Source: an uncultured Candidatus Actinomarina sp.
Lineage (GTDB): Bacteria; Actinomycetota; Acidimicrobiia; Actinomarinales; Actinomarinaceae
NCBI GenBank assembly: GCA_902634185.1
Contig: CACPJC010000001.1
Coordinates: 96,001-160,000, forward strand
Reading direction: 5' to 3'
DNA: 64,000 nucleotides
The notes under the pieces were generated by a model that saw only the letters and a program-made list of their open reading frames with translations, was not told the origin of the DNA and did no database searches. Every line of letters begins with the position of its first letter. Position 1 is the stretch's first letter. This document shows positions 19,263 through 29,939 of this stretch, one piece after another. Position numbers and translations under genes: made by a program.

Positions 19263-19758
19263 TTTTTAACCACGTATTTTGAATAATTGTTTCCGCTATT
19301 ATTTTCTCTTTTTTATTTTTGATATCGATAATATGTTTTGACTGATTATATAAATTTTCGCGCAATTTATAAAGTTCTGATATCTCTTCTTTACCTTTTT
19401 TTACAAGTGGGCGCTCTGAATTTGAAATTCTTTTCCATAAATTTTCAAATGTATCTTTTAGATAAAAACTAAGTTCTGAATTTTTGACCTCATCTAGAAT
19501 ATGTGAGACTTCAAGAGAGCCTCCTCCAAGAGCAATTACGGTATCGTTATCTGGCAATGCTTGAAAAGTTTCAAGTTCAATATTACGAAAATATTTTTCA
19601 CCTTTTGTTTGAAAGATTTTATTTATACTTCCATATTTTTTTTCAATATTTTCATCTAGGTCAATTGTATTTGCATTTACTATCTGTTTTATTTTTTTGA
19701 GAATCGATGTTTTACCAGAACCCATGAATCCAACTAAATAGATATTATTCTGTTTCAT
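19249..19758 (-). CDS. aroK: Shikimate kinase
   Basis: VGFMGSGKT, DLD, GEKYFR, ALGGG, RPL. Confidence 0.93.
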   Translation of the reverse strand: MKQNNIYLVGFMGSGKTSILKKIKQIVNANTIDLDENIEKKYGSINKIFQTKGEKYFRNIELETFQALPDNDTVIALGGGSLEVSHILDEVKNSELSFYLKDTFENLWKRISNSERPLVKKGKEEISELYKLRENLYNQSKHIIDIKNKKEKIIAETIIQNTWLKNEVI

Positions 19759-20923
19759 AGTTCATTTTCCAAGTCTGATTGTCCATGTCAAAATCATCAA
19801 CATTCAATTTTGAAATACTATTAAAGTTTTTTACAATTTCTTTTTTGCTGTCCCCTCCAGTTTTAAGTAATAAATTTCGTAAAATTTCAAATGCCATTGC
19901 GCTTTCGAAAATTGGGACAGCCCTTGGTACCGCACATGTATCAGAACGTTCGTAAACTGTCTTTGTTTCCTCCTTTGACGATAAATTTACGCTCTTTATC
20001 GGAGTTAATGTCGTACTAATTGGTTTTAAATATGCTTTAACTATAATTTCTTCTCCGTTAGTCATTCCACCTTCAAAACCTCCAAGATTATTGGATTCTT
20101 TTTTGATAGATCCATCTTGTAAAACATATTGATCTTGAACATCTGTTCCAAAGTTTTTTGAAGCTTCTATTCCATTACCTATTTCAACAGCTTTTACACT
20201 TTGTATTGACATAAATATTCTGGCAAGATTCGCATCTAACTTTCTATCCCAATGTACAAAACTTCCTAATGTAGGAGGTACTCCTGATGCTATTGTTGTG
20301 ATTGATCCACCAAGTGTATCTTTCCTTTTTCTTGCTTCAAGTATCTCATTCTCCATATCTTTCCCAGCTTTTTCATCGGGACAAGATACTGGTGAGTCGG
20401 TGACTTTTGATTGTAGATCTTGTAAATCAATTATTTTTTCTTGCACATAATCAACTTTTCCAATTCCAGAAACATATCCACAAATATTGATTTCAAAACT
20501 TTCTAAAATTTGAGCCGCTATTGCTCCTAGAGCACATCTCATAGCTGTTTCCCTTGCGCTTGATCTTTCGAGTACTAATCTGATGTCCGAACTATTATAT
20601 TTCGCAGTTCCTATCAAGTCAGCATGTCCGGGCCTTGGTACTACATAAGGTTCAATATCTTTATCTTTCCAATTTTTCCAATCATTATTTTTTATTTTTA
20701 ATGTGATTGGCCCGCCAGTAGTTAAATTGTTTATTATTCCCGAGGTTATCTCAACTTCATCACTCTCAATATTCATTCTTCCACCTGAACCTTGGCTTTT
20801 TTGTCTTCTTTTAAGAAAACTATCAATATAGTCTTTTGTTACGTTAAATCCGGCAGGTAGGCCTTCAATGATACCTGTTAACTCAGGCCCATGGCTTTCA
20901 CCGGCAGTTAAGAATCTAATCAT
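19745..20923 (-). CDS. aroC: Chorismate synthase
   Basis: TAGESHG, PRPGHAD, ERSSARETA, NNLGGFEGGMTNG, ERSD.CAVP. Confidence 0.97.
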   Translation of the reverse strand: MIRFLTAGESHGPELTGIIEGLPAGFNVTKDYIDSFLKRRQKSQGSGGRMNIESDEVEITSGIINNLTTGGPITLKIKNNDWKNWKDKDIEPYVVPRPGHADLIGTAKYNSSDIRLVLERSSARETAMRCALGAIAAQILESFEINICGYVSGIGKVDYVQEKIIDLQDLQSKVTDSPVSCPDEKAGKDMENEILEARKRKDTLGGSITTIASGVPPTLGSFVHWDRKLDANLARIFMSIQSVKAVEIGNGIEASKNFGTDVQDQYVLQDGSIKKESNNLGGFEGGMTNGEEIIVKAYLKPISTTLTPIKSVNLSSKEETKTVYERSDTCAVPRAVPIFESAMAFEILRNLLLKTGGDSKKEIVKNFNSISKLNVDDFDMDNQTWKMNYETE

Positions 20924-21704
20924 TTTGACTTTCTAGTAATTTGTATAACTCATCATATATATCTAAAACTTGTAAGTTAAGACTTGTCCAAATGTTAAAA
21001 GACAATACTGCTTGGCAAATAAGCATCCCTATACCATCGTAGGACTCAAATTCTGAAATAAATTTTTCAAAAAAAGAATTTTTATAACCATATCCAATAT
21101 TTAAAAATAATTCTAGATTTGTAAATTGATTTGTATCTAAATCAAGTAATTCCGAAGATAAATGAGACATCCCAACTGGTGTAGTATTAATCACTAAATC
21201 AATTTCAGGAGCAAGTTCTTTTGCATTTACATATGAAATTGTCTCATCCGTTTGATTTCTACTTACAACATGAGTTTTTGTTTTATGAGTTGATAAAGCA
21301 TATTTAATTGCTTTGGAACTTCCACCACTTCCCAAGATTAATATATTTTTTTTGTTCAAATCATATCCAATTTTTTTCAAAAATAGTGTAAAACCTTCAA
21401 AGTCAGTATTGAAAAGTTCAATTTTATCGTCTGTTCTTTTTACAGTATTCGTAGATCCTATTTTTTGGACATGTTCATCAATAGTAAAATCTATATCTAA
21501 ATTTAGTATTTTTTCTTTGTGTGGAATAGTTATATTGAATCCATTAAGATCAGCAATTAATGTATCAACCGATTCTGTTGTTAAATTCTCAATTTTAAAT
21601 GGTTGATATTTACTATCCAGATTGTTCATATTAAACAAATAGTTCTGAATAATTGGAGAATAAGTTTTTTCAAGTGGCCATCCAATAATTCCATAATTAC
21701 TCAT
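20916..21704 (-). CDS. aroE: Shikimate dehydrogenase
   Basis: GFNITIPHK, NTDFEGF, LGSGGSS, INTTPVGM, DGIGMLICQA. Confidence 0.9.
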   Translation of the reverse strand: MSNYGIIGWPLEKTYSPIIQNYLFNMNNLDSKYQPFKIENLTTESVDTLIADLNGFNITIPHKEKILNLDIDFTIDEHVQKIGSTNTVKRTDDKIELFNTDFEGFTLFLKKIGYDLNKKNILILGSGGSSKAIKYALSTHKTKTHVVSRNQTDETISYVNAKELAPEIDLVINTTPVGMSHLSSELLDLDTNQFTNLELFLNIGYGYKNSFFEKFISEFESYDGIGMLICQAVLSFNIWTSLNLQVLDIYDELYKLLESQND

Positions 21705-22971
21705 TTATTTCACCTCCTAATAGCTTTATATCTTCAAAAAAAGAAGGATAAGAATCATTTATACACTCAAAATTATCTGGAATTATTTTTTTATTTAGTC
21801 CTATGTTTGCAACTATCGCCGTCATAGCGATTCTATGATCATCAAGTGTTTCAATTTTTCCTTTTTTTAATTTTTGGATACCTTGAATCTCAAACCCATC
21901 ATCAAGCAACTTAATTTCACCACCTAAATTAAGAATAAAATTTTTCATCGCATCTAATCTATTTGATTCTTTAACTTTTAGCTCTTCCGCGCCAACTACT
22001 TTTGTCAATCCTTTGGCTTGTGAGGCAAGTAAAGTAAAAATTGGAATTTCGTCTATTAAATCCGGAATTTCGTCTTTACTAACTGTTGTTCCATTAAGTA
22101 TTGACTTATTTATTTTTATATCACCTATTACTTCATTGTTTTCTTCTCTAATATTTAACATCTCAATTTTTGCTTCCATTCTTTTTAAGACTTTTATAAA
22201 TCCCAGTCTTCTTTCATTAATTAGCATGTTGGAAAGAATTATTTCTTTACCTCTTAATAAACCGAGAGCAATTAAAAAAGCACCTGATGATATATCACCA
22301 GGAATAGTAATGGTCAATGGTTCTAACTTAGTTGTTGGTGGAATAGTTAATGTATTTCCAAGCCTCAATATATCCACACCCATAGCTACAAGCATTCTCT
22401 CAGTATGGTCTCTAGTAGGAACGGTTTCTTCAATAAGGGTTGGTTCATTATGATATAGAGAAGCAAGAATTAATGCGCTTTTGACTTGGGCACTTGGTAC
22501 TTTGGTATTTTGATAACTGAATGAGTATTCTTTTGGGTTAAAATTTATTGGTAAAAAATTATTTTTTATTTTCATATCAGCTCCATGATCAACCAGCAAA
22601 TTAGCAATTCTATTCATTGGTCTTTTATTTAATTGAGTGCTGCCAATTAATGTTGACGAAAATTTTTGTTTAGATAATAATCCTATGAGCAATCTAGCAG
22701 TTGTTCCAGAATTCTTGGCATTAAGCTCATTTTTTGGTTTTTTTAATCCATTTATTCCCTGACCAGTTATTGAAACTTTATCCTGGATTTTTACATCAGC
22801 CCCCATTTGTTCAACGATTTCTAAAGAGGCTTTTGTATCTTCGCTAATTAATAAATTCTTAATTACAGATGTGCCCTCAGCTAAAGCAGAAAACAAAATT
22901 GCTCTATGGGATATAGATTTATCTCCAATCACTTGAACTGTTCCGGATAACCCTCGATTAATTAATTTCAA
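21697..22971 (-). CDS. aroA: EPSP synthase
   Basis: GDKSISHRA, NSGTTARL, SAQVKSA, RDHTERML, KESNRL, DHRIAM; likely TTG start at 22971 overlapping the tyrA stop. Confidence 0.94.
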   Translation of the reverse strand: MKLINRGLSGTVQVIGDKSISHRAILFSALAEGTSVIKNLLISEDTKASLEIVEQMGADVKIQDKVSITGQGINGLKKPKNELNAKNSGTTARLLIGLLSKQKFSSTLIGSTQLNKRPMNRIANLLVDHGADMKIKNNFLPINFNPKEYSFSYQNTKVPSAQVKSALILASLYHNEPTLIEETVPTRDHTERMLVAMGVDILRLGNTLTIPPTTKLEPLTITIPGDISSGAFLIALGLLRGKEIILSNMLINERRLGFIKVLKRMEAKIEMLNIREENNEVIGDIKINKSILNGTTVSKDEIPDLIDEIPIFTLLASQAKGLTKVVGAEELKVKESNRLDAMKNFILNLGGEIKLLDDGFEIQGIQKLKKGKIETLDDHRIAMTAIVANIGLNKKIIPDNFECINDSYPSFFEDIKLLGGEINE

Positions 22972-23801
22972 CTTAATGGTCTCTCTCCAAACTTTTCTGA
23001 TAAAGCTCTTCTCCACTCAACTGACGAGGTAAGGTATTCTATTAACTGATTTTTCTCCTGAAGTGACATTAATGAGGATATTTCATCAATTAGTGAAATA
23101 AGAAATTTATTTATATTTTCAGAGTTTGTGTTGTACATGTCTATTATCATTTCTGGATTTGTTCTTGTTAGCCTTGTTGCTCCATCGAATCCACCAGCTG
23201 CTAAACCCATAATTTCATCTATTTCATAATCTTTTTTAGCTATCCCGACCAATGCTGAGCTTATTAAATGTGGCAAATGACTGGTAATAGATAATATTTC
23301 ATCATGTTTTTTTCGATCTATCCACACTTCTTTGCAGTTCAATATGTTCACTAAATCTCTGGCAATTTTTTTTGAATTGTCATTCATAGATTCTGTTTCA
23401 CAGAGTAAAAATGTTGCATCATCGTACATTTCAGGTGTAGGTTCCCAGATTCTATTATCAGCTAAACCACACAAAGGATGGCCACCTATAGAAGGTATCT
23501 TGGAGCTATCCATAAGATTGCAAATTGATTCTTTAGTACCACCAATATCAATTAATAATTTGGAATCATCAATTTCATTACCCTCTGATAGAAATGACAC
23601 TATATTATTTATCGGCATAGATAGAACTGTCACATCATAACTTTCCTCTTTAGATTTTGTATCAATACCAAATTTTTCAGCCCTATTTTCAGCTTCCTTA
23701 TCAACGTCCTGACCAAAAACATCTATACCTTTACTTTTTAAATTGATTCCAAGATTCGCACCCATCAATCCAAGGCCAATTATTTTTACTTTGTTAATCA
23801 T
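22968..23801 (-). CDS. tyrA: Prephenate/arogenate dehydrogenase
   Basis: IGLGLMG, DIGGTK, GGHPL.G, HD...TSHLPH, GGF...TRL. Confidence 0.9.
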   Translation of the reverse strand: MINKVKIIGLGLMGANLGINLKSKGIDVFGQDVDKEAENRAEKFGIDTKSKEESYDVTVLSMPINNIVSFLSEGNEIDDSKLLIDIGGTKESICNLMDSSKIPSIGGHPLCGLADNRIWEPTPEMYDDATFLLCETESMNDNSKKIARDLVNILNCKEVWIDRKKHDEILSITSHLPHLISSALVGIAKKDYEIDEIMGLAAGGFDGATRLTRTNPEMIIDMYNTNSENINKFLISLIDEISSLMSLQEKNQLIEYLTSSVEWRRALSEKFGERPLS

Positions 23802-24817
23802 ATTTTTAATGACCTACCAACTACTTCAGCCATTGAACTTACTTTTTTCCCTAAGTCAGTAAGTTCTGGTGGAGTTAAAGCTTGTGGCCCATCACATAAT
23901 GCTTCATCTGGCCTTGGATGTATCTCGATAAGAAGACCGTCTGCTCCTGCAGCAATAGCTGCTAAAGCAATTGGAGCAACTAAATTATTTGCCCCAGTCC
24001 CATGGCTTGGATCAGCAATAACTGGTAAATGTGTATTCATTTTCAAATAAGGAATAGCATTTATATCAAAAGTATTTCTTGTGGCTGTCTCAAAGGTTCT
24101 GATACCTCTCTCACATAAAATAACATCTTCATTACCTCTCATAAGGATATATTCGGAAGCTAAAAGTAGCTCTTCAAGGGTTGCGCTCATTCCTCTTTTT
24201 AATAAAACTGGAAGTTTTGATTCTCCAACAGCTTCCAAGAGTTTAAAGTTTTGCATATTTCTTGCTCCGATTTGAAGTACATCAACATATTTTTCCATCA
24301 TTTCAAGATGCTGAACATCCATAATTTCACTGAATAATGGTAAATTATGTAAATCTGCAGCTTCTTTAAGCAACACTAGACCTTCTTCACCAAGACCTTG
24401 AAAACTGTATGGAGAGGTTCTTGGTTTGAACGCACCGCCTCTTAATCCATTTCCTCCAGCTTGAACAACAGCTTCAGCTGTTTCTAACGTTTGTTCTTGA
24501 TATTCTGCGCTATCTGGCCCAGCTATAAATGCAAGTTCTTTACCTCCCACAACTAAATCTTTGATTTTTACTTCTGTGTTTGACTCTTTATAGGTTTTAC
24601 TTGCAAGCTTGTAAGATCTTCCGATTGGAATAACCTGATGAACGTTATCTAACAATCGCATAACTCCACGATTATCTTCAATTACCTTTCCATGGACAGC
24701 AACTACAGTCCTTTCAACTCCATAAAGAACTTTTGGCTCATGACCTTGTTCAATTGCCTTTGCCTTTACCTTTTCAATGTCTTCCTCAGAAGCAGCTTGC
24801 TTCATTACTACGATCAA
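23798..24817 (-). CDS. aroF: DAHP synthase type I-beta with N-terminal regulatory domain
   Basis: RGGAFKPRTSPYSFQG, QIGARNMQN, LLKRG, CERGIRTF, DPSH; TTG start at 24817 with AGGAGG SD 6 nt upstream (the ORF-track start lies inside the attenuator). Confidence 0.94.
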   Translation of the reverse strand: MIVVMKQAASEEDIEKVKAKAIEQGHEPKVLYGVERTVVAVHGKVIEDNRGVMRLLDNVHQVIPIGRSYKLASKTYKESNTEVKIKDLVVGGKELAFIAGPDSAEYQEQTLETAEAVVQAGGNGLRGGAFKPRTSPYSFQGLGEEGLVLLKEAADLHNLPLFSEIMDVQHLEMMEKYVDVLQIGARNMQNFKLLEAVGESKLPVLLKRGMSATLEELLLASEYILMRGNEDVILCERGIRTFETATRNTFDINAIPYLKMNTHLPVIADPSHGTGANNLVAPIALAAIAAGADGLLIEIHPRPDEALCDGPQALTPPELTDLGKKVSSMAEVVGRSLKI

Positions 24818-24829
24818 TTTGTTCCTCCT

Positions 24830-24857
24830 AAAAAAAAATCGGGCTTTTGCCCGATTT
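24830..24857 (-). terminator. Attenuator terminator upstream of aroF
   Basis: mRNA AAAUCGGGC-AAAA-GCCCGAUUU running into a 9-nt U tract, immediately before the aroF SD. Confidence 0.9.
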
Positions 24858-24881
24858 GACACAACGTTACTTTAGGGCAGC

Positions 24882-24923
24882 TTATATGTGCGCTCTAAAG
24901 TAAAAGTATGTGTTAATTTTCAT
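24882..24923 (-). CDS. Leader peptide MKINTYFYFRAHI (Tyr/Phe attenuation)
   Basis: 13-codon ORF with tandem TAC-TTT-TAC-TTT; overlaps one arm of a 9-bp hairpin; extended -10 TGGTATTAT 7 nt upstream of the ATG. Confidence 0.88.
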   Translation of the reverse strand: MKINTYFYFRAHI

Positions 24924-24964
24924 TGTGGTAATAATACCATGTATTACAGATTTGCAAATAGTTT

Positions 24965-25306
24965 TTATCTATCTGGTCTTAAATTCTTAGCTTCACCTAA
25001 ATAGGTATGAGTTACTTCAATTTCATCCTTGTAAGTTACTAAAACTCTTATACAACCTTCAAGGTCATTAACTACGTTTGGTGCCTTTGTATCAATTGCA
25101 GATAATTGATGGTGACCAAGTTCTCTGAGAGCCTTTGCTGGGAAAGCGGCATCAAGATCATTAGTAACAGTAAAAATTACAGAAACTATTTTTGAAATAT
25201 CAAGGTTGTTATTTTCTACAATCGTATTAAATAATTCTTTTGTAGATTTTAATATATCGTTTTCTGTGTTTTCTACAGTAGCAATTGCTCCTCTTATTCC
25301 ATTCAT
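24965..25306 (-). CDS. aroH: AroH-type chorismate mutase
   Basis: GIRGA, SVIFTVTNDLDAAFPAKA, CIRVL, YLGEAKNLRPD; likely ATG at 25306. Confidence 0.92.
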   Translation of the reverse strand: MNGIRGAIATVENTENDILKSTKELFNTIVENNNLDISKIVSVIFTVTNDLDAAFPAKALRELGHHQLSAIDTKAPNVVNDLEGCIRVLVTYKDEIEVTHTYLGEAKNLRPDR

Positions 25307-25319
25307 GACAACTAATGAT

Positions 25320-25355
25320 AAAAAAAAAGAGTGGACATTGTCCACTCTTTTTTTT
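25320..25355 (-). terminator. groEL intrinsic terminator
   Basis: A-run-GAGTGGACA-T-TGTCCACTC-T-run long inverted repeat just after the groEL stop. Confidence 0.88.
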
Positions 25356-25369
25356 AAAAAATGTATGTT

Positions 25370-27007
<1,638 letters not shown>

Positions 27008-27010
27008 CTA

Positions 27011-27304
27011 TTATTTTCCGACTACTGCGAGTATATCTCTACTTGATAAAATCAAATACTCTTCGCCGTCAACTTTAATTTCTGTTCCACCATATTTTGA
27101 ATAAACAACTTTGTCACCCTTTTTAACGTCAGGTTTAATTTTTTCTCCATTGTCATTAGTTTCTCCAGGTCCTACAGCAACAACCTCTCCTTCTTGGGGT
27201 TTCTCCTTCGCCGTATCAGGTATATAAATTCCCGATGGAGTTTTCATATCTTCTTCAGACAGTGGCTTTACAACAACTCTATCTCCCAGTGGTTGAAGAT
27301 TCAT
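27011..27304 (-). CDS. groS: Co-chaperonin GroES
   Basis: [40 protein letters not shown]. Confidence 0.99.
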   Translation of the reverse strand: MNLQPLGDRVVVKPLSEEDMKTPSGIYIPDTAKEKPQEGEVVAVGPGETNDNGEKIKPDVKKGDKVVYSKYGGTEIKVDGEEYLILSSRDILAVVGK

Positions 27305-27383
27305 GTTTAATTCCTTTCTAAAATTTTCTACGTTTTGAATTTAATATAGTTATGTTTATAAAGGTATTTATTTTCTTAAATTG

Positions 27384-28385
27384 TTAGGAAATTATTGAAG
27401 ATAACCTTATATCGTCAATATTCATTTTATTTGTAATAAGCTCATTTTTTGCAGCAACGCAAATCATTGCTGCATTATCAGTTGATAATCTTGGTGATGG
27501 TAAATAAAGGTTTTTATTATTATTTTCGGAAAAAAATACAATTTTTTCACGTAACCTAGAATTTGCCATGACTCCACCTCCACCTGATATATTGTTAACA
27601 CCGGTTTCTTTAATCGCATTGACAAAAATTTCCATTAAGGAATCGACTATTGCCTCTTGGTATGAGGCAGCAAAATCCTTTTTTAATAGTTGATCCTCTT
27701 CTGAAAGTTTCTGTAGAAAATAAACTGCTGCTGTCTTCAATCCAGAAAAAGAATAGTCAAATTTGTTTGAGGTTTTAGGTCGAGGAAGATCTACTTTTTT
27801 TGGATCACCACCCTCTGATATTTTTTGTATTGCTGGACCCCCAGGAAAACCAAATCCACAAAATCTTGATAATTTGTCAAAAGCTTCACCTGCAGCATCA
27901 TCAATGGTTGAACCTAAGAGATTATATTTACCCCATTCTTCAACTAAAACAATTTGTGTATGTCCTCCAGAGACAAGTAATGATAAAAATGGAGGCTCCA
28001 TATTTGGATGCTCAATAAGAGGTGCGCTTAAATGTCCGACCATATGATCTACTGCATAAAATGGCTTTTCAAGAGCCCATGCCACAGATTTTGCAAAATT
28101 GTAGCCTACAACAAGACTACCTGCCAGACCAGGACCATCAGTACTGGCAACAATATCAATTTCACTTAAATCTATACCACATTCATTGATAGAGGAATGA
28201 AAAAGATTTCTTATCATTTCAGCGTGTGCTCTGGATGCTACTTCAGGTACTACTCCACCAAATTTCTCATGAATTTCAACTTGTGATGAAATTTTGTTAA
28301 TTAAGAGGTTGTCACCTTTCATTAAAGCTATCGCTGTCTCATCACAACTTGTTTCAAAACCTAAAATGATTTTTTCACTCTGCAT
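27384..28385 (-). CDS. tsaD: tRNA N6-adenosine threonylcarbamoyltransferase
   Basis: ETSCDET, GGVVPEVASRAH, H..GH, VSGGHT, DDAAGEAFDK, TDNAAMI. Confidence 0.97.
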   Translation of the reverse strand: MQSEKIILGFETSCDETAIALMKGDNLLINKISSQVEIHEKFGGVVPEVASRAHAEMIRNLFHSSINECGIDLSEIDIVASTDGPGLAGSLVVGYNFAKSVAWALEKPFYAVDHMVGHLSAPLIEHPNMEPPFLSLLVSGGHTQIVLVEEWGKYNLLGSTIDDAAGEAFDKLSRFCGFGFPGGPAIQKISEGGDPKKVDLPRPKTSNKFDYSFSGLKTAAVYFLQKLSEEDQLLKKDFAASYQEAIVDSLMEIFVNAIKETGVNNISGGGGVMANSRLREKIVFFSENNNKNLYLPSPRLSTDNAAMICVAAKNELITNKMNIDDIRLSSIIS

Positions 28386-28821
28386 ATGCTTTTTCCTTTA
28401 TAAAAATATCTGCATCTTCAGTGACATAATATTTTTTTCTTTTACCAAAATGTTTAAAGTTGTATTTTTTATACAAACTCTGAGCAGATTTATTAGATTC
28501 ACGAACTTCCAAGATAATTTTTTCATATTTTGAAACTTCAAAATAACTTATTAATTCGTCCATAAGTTCGGTTGCTACACCTTTTTTTCTGTATTCTTCC
28601 AATACACCAATTCCTAGAATCTCAATATCGTGATGTATAAATTGGATACCCAAATAACCTATAATTTCATCTTCATTTTGGTAAATCCAATATTTAAAAC
28701 TTTTATTATTAATTTTTTGCTCAATAATACTGGCATCCCATGACATAGAAAATAAATTCTGCTCTAAGTTAGACAACTTAAGTGCTGTCTCAGAAGAACA
28801 AGATTTTAAACTTTTAATCAT
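28375..28821 (-). CDS. rimI: RimI-like N-acetyltransferase
   Basis: YRKKGVA, LEVRESN..AQSLY, RKKYY..EDA; tsaB-rimI-tsaD context. Confidence 0.9.
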   Translation of the reverse strand: MIKSLKSCSSETALKLSNLEQNLFSMSWDASIIEQKINNKSFKYWIYQNEDEIIGYLGIQFIHHDIEILGIGVLEEYRKKGVATELMDELISYFEVSKYEKIILEVRESNKSAQSLYKKYNFKHFGKRKKYYVTEDADIFIKEKAYAE

Positions 28822-29509
28822 AAAACTTCACATTCCCACTCAAAGTATCTTTTGATAATGTCACGTCAGGTTCTCTCATATATTCAAGATTTATTTCATT
28901 GAAGTTGGGATAGTCTTTTATTTTTTCACCAACGTTATAAATATTTTCAGCTGTCACAAATCTTGGCTCAGCTAATTTAGTATTACTATCAGTAAGAATT
29001 TTTTTATTTTCTATAAGATCCCAATTACCTACTAATAATTTTTTATCGGCATCATCAGAAAGTTTAATTTCTAAGTTTTCAACTGAAATTACTTGAGGAT
29101 CTGACTTTCGTGTTACTCCACCAGGAACAGGCATATATTCGCAATAAGCAAACTCATTTCGTTTGATATCGATTAACGAACATATTTTTCTGTGACTTGT
29201 ATGTGCTGCAAACGCAAGAGCGTCGAGACCATTTACTGGAATTATAGGTATGCCTAAAACTGCACCAAGTCCTTGGGAAACTGATAGACCGATTCTAAGT
29301 CCAGTGTAATATCCCGGTCCAACATCGAGATAAAGTGCATTAAGATCATTTCTACTTGCCTTTGTTTTATCAAATAATTCATTTATTTGATTTAGCAATA
29401 TTCCAGTTGAGCCTTTATTAGTTTTTGAAACAAAACTAGCAAGTAATTTTTCCTCAAAAATTGCAGCAGAAACATATTCACCTGATGTAGAAATTGCTAA
29501 TTTATACAA
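28814..29509 (-). CDS. tsaB: tRNA threonylcarbamoyladenosine biosynthesis protein TsaB
   Basis: LAISTS, VGPGYYTGLRIG, LDALA, LEYMREPD; TTG start. Confidence 0.9.
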   Translation of the reverse strand: MYKLAISTSGEYVSAAIFEEKLLASFVSKTNKGSTGILLNQINELFDKTKASRNDLNALYLDVGPGYYTGLRIGLSVSQGLGAVLGIPIIPVNGLDALAFAAHTSHRKICSLIDIKRNEFAYCEYMPVPGGVTRKSDPQVISVENLEIKLSDDADKKLLVGNWDLIENKKILTDSNTKLAEPRFVTAENIYNVGEKIKDYPNFNEINLEYMREPDVTLSKDTLSGNVKFYD

Positions 29510-29510
29510 T

Positions 29511-29939
29511 TTAAAACCTTATCTTTCTTGTTGAATTATCAATTATATCAATATCAATAATTGTCCAATTGCTTAGGTTTGTATTAGGAAGTTGGTTTGA
29601 CCATTCAACAAAAAATAAAGTATTTTCTTCAAACAAAGGAAGATCTAGGTCAATAAATTCTTGGAATGATGAAAGTCTATAGAGATCAACATGGTAAATA
29701 CTTAAATCTTCTTTGAGATAATTTTTTACAATATTAAATGTTGGAGAAGTTACATTATCTTCGATACCAAGGTGATAAATTATCTTTTTAATTATTGAAG
29801 TTTTACCAGCTCCCAAACTTCCGTTGAATCCAATTACTGAAGGAATTGATAATTTTGTTACGAAATCTTTTGCGAATTCATCTAAATCTGATTCTTTAAT
29901 CTCGATCTCATTCAATTTCAACCCTTTCAAGTCGTTCAT
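29511..29939 (-). CDS. tsaE: t6A biosynthesis ATPase TsaE (true start may be a downstream TTG near 29915)
   Basis: GSLGAGKT, VTSPTF, HVDLYRL, VEWS. Confidence 0.93.
   Translation of the reverse strand: MNDLKGLKLNEIEIKESDLDEFAKDFVTKLSIPSVIGFNGSLGAGKTSIIKKIIYHLGIEDNVTSPTFNIVKNYLKEDLSIYHVDLYRLSSFQEFIDLDLPLFEENTLFFVEWSNQLPNTNLSNWTIIDIDIIDNSTRKIRF

Noticed and set aside
24818-24862. N-terminal extension of AroF (MSNRAKARFFFRRNK) in the ORF track
   Set aside because: It translates the attenuator terminator; a TTG with a proper SD at 24817 is the better start. Similar over-extensions were trimmed for fusA, rplJ, aroA, aroH, cbiO, rplF, rpsH and rpsQ.
24951-24958. TTTGCAAA palindrome upstream of the aro leader resembling a Nur half-site
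   Set aside because: Only one half-site with no N5-spaced partner; more likely part of the -35 region or chance.
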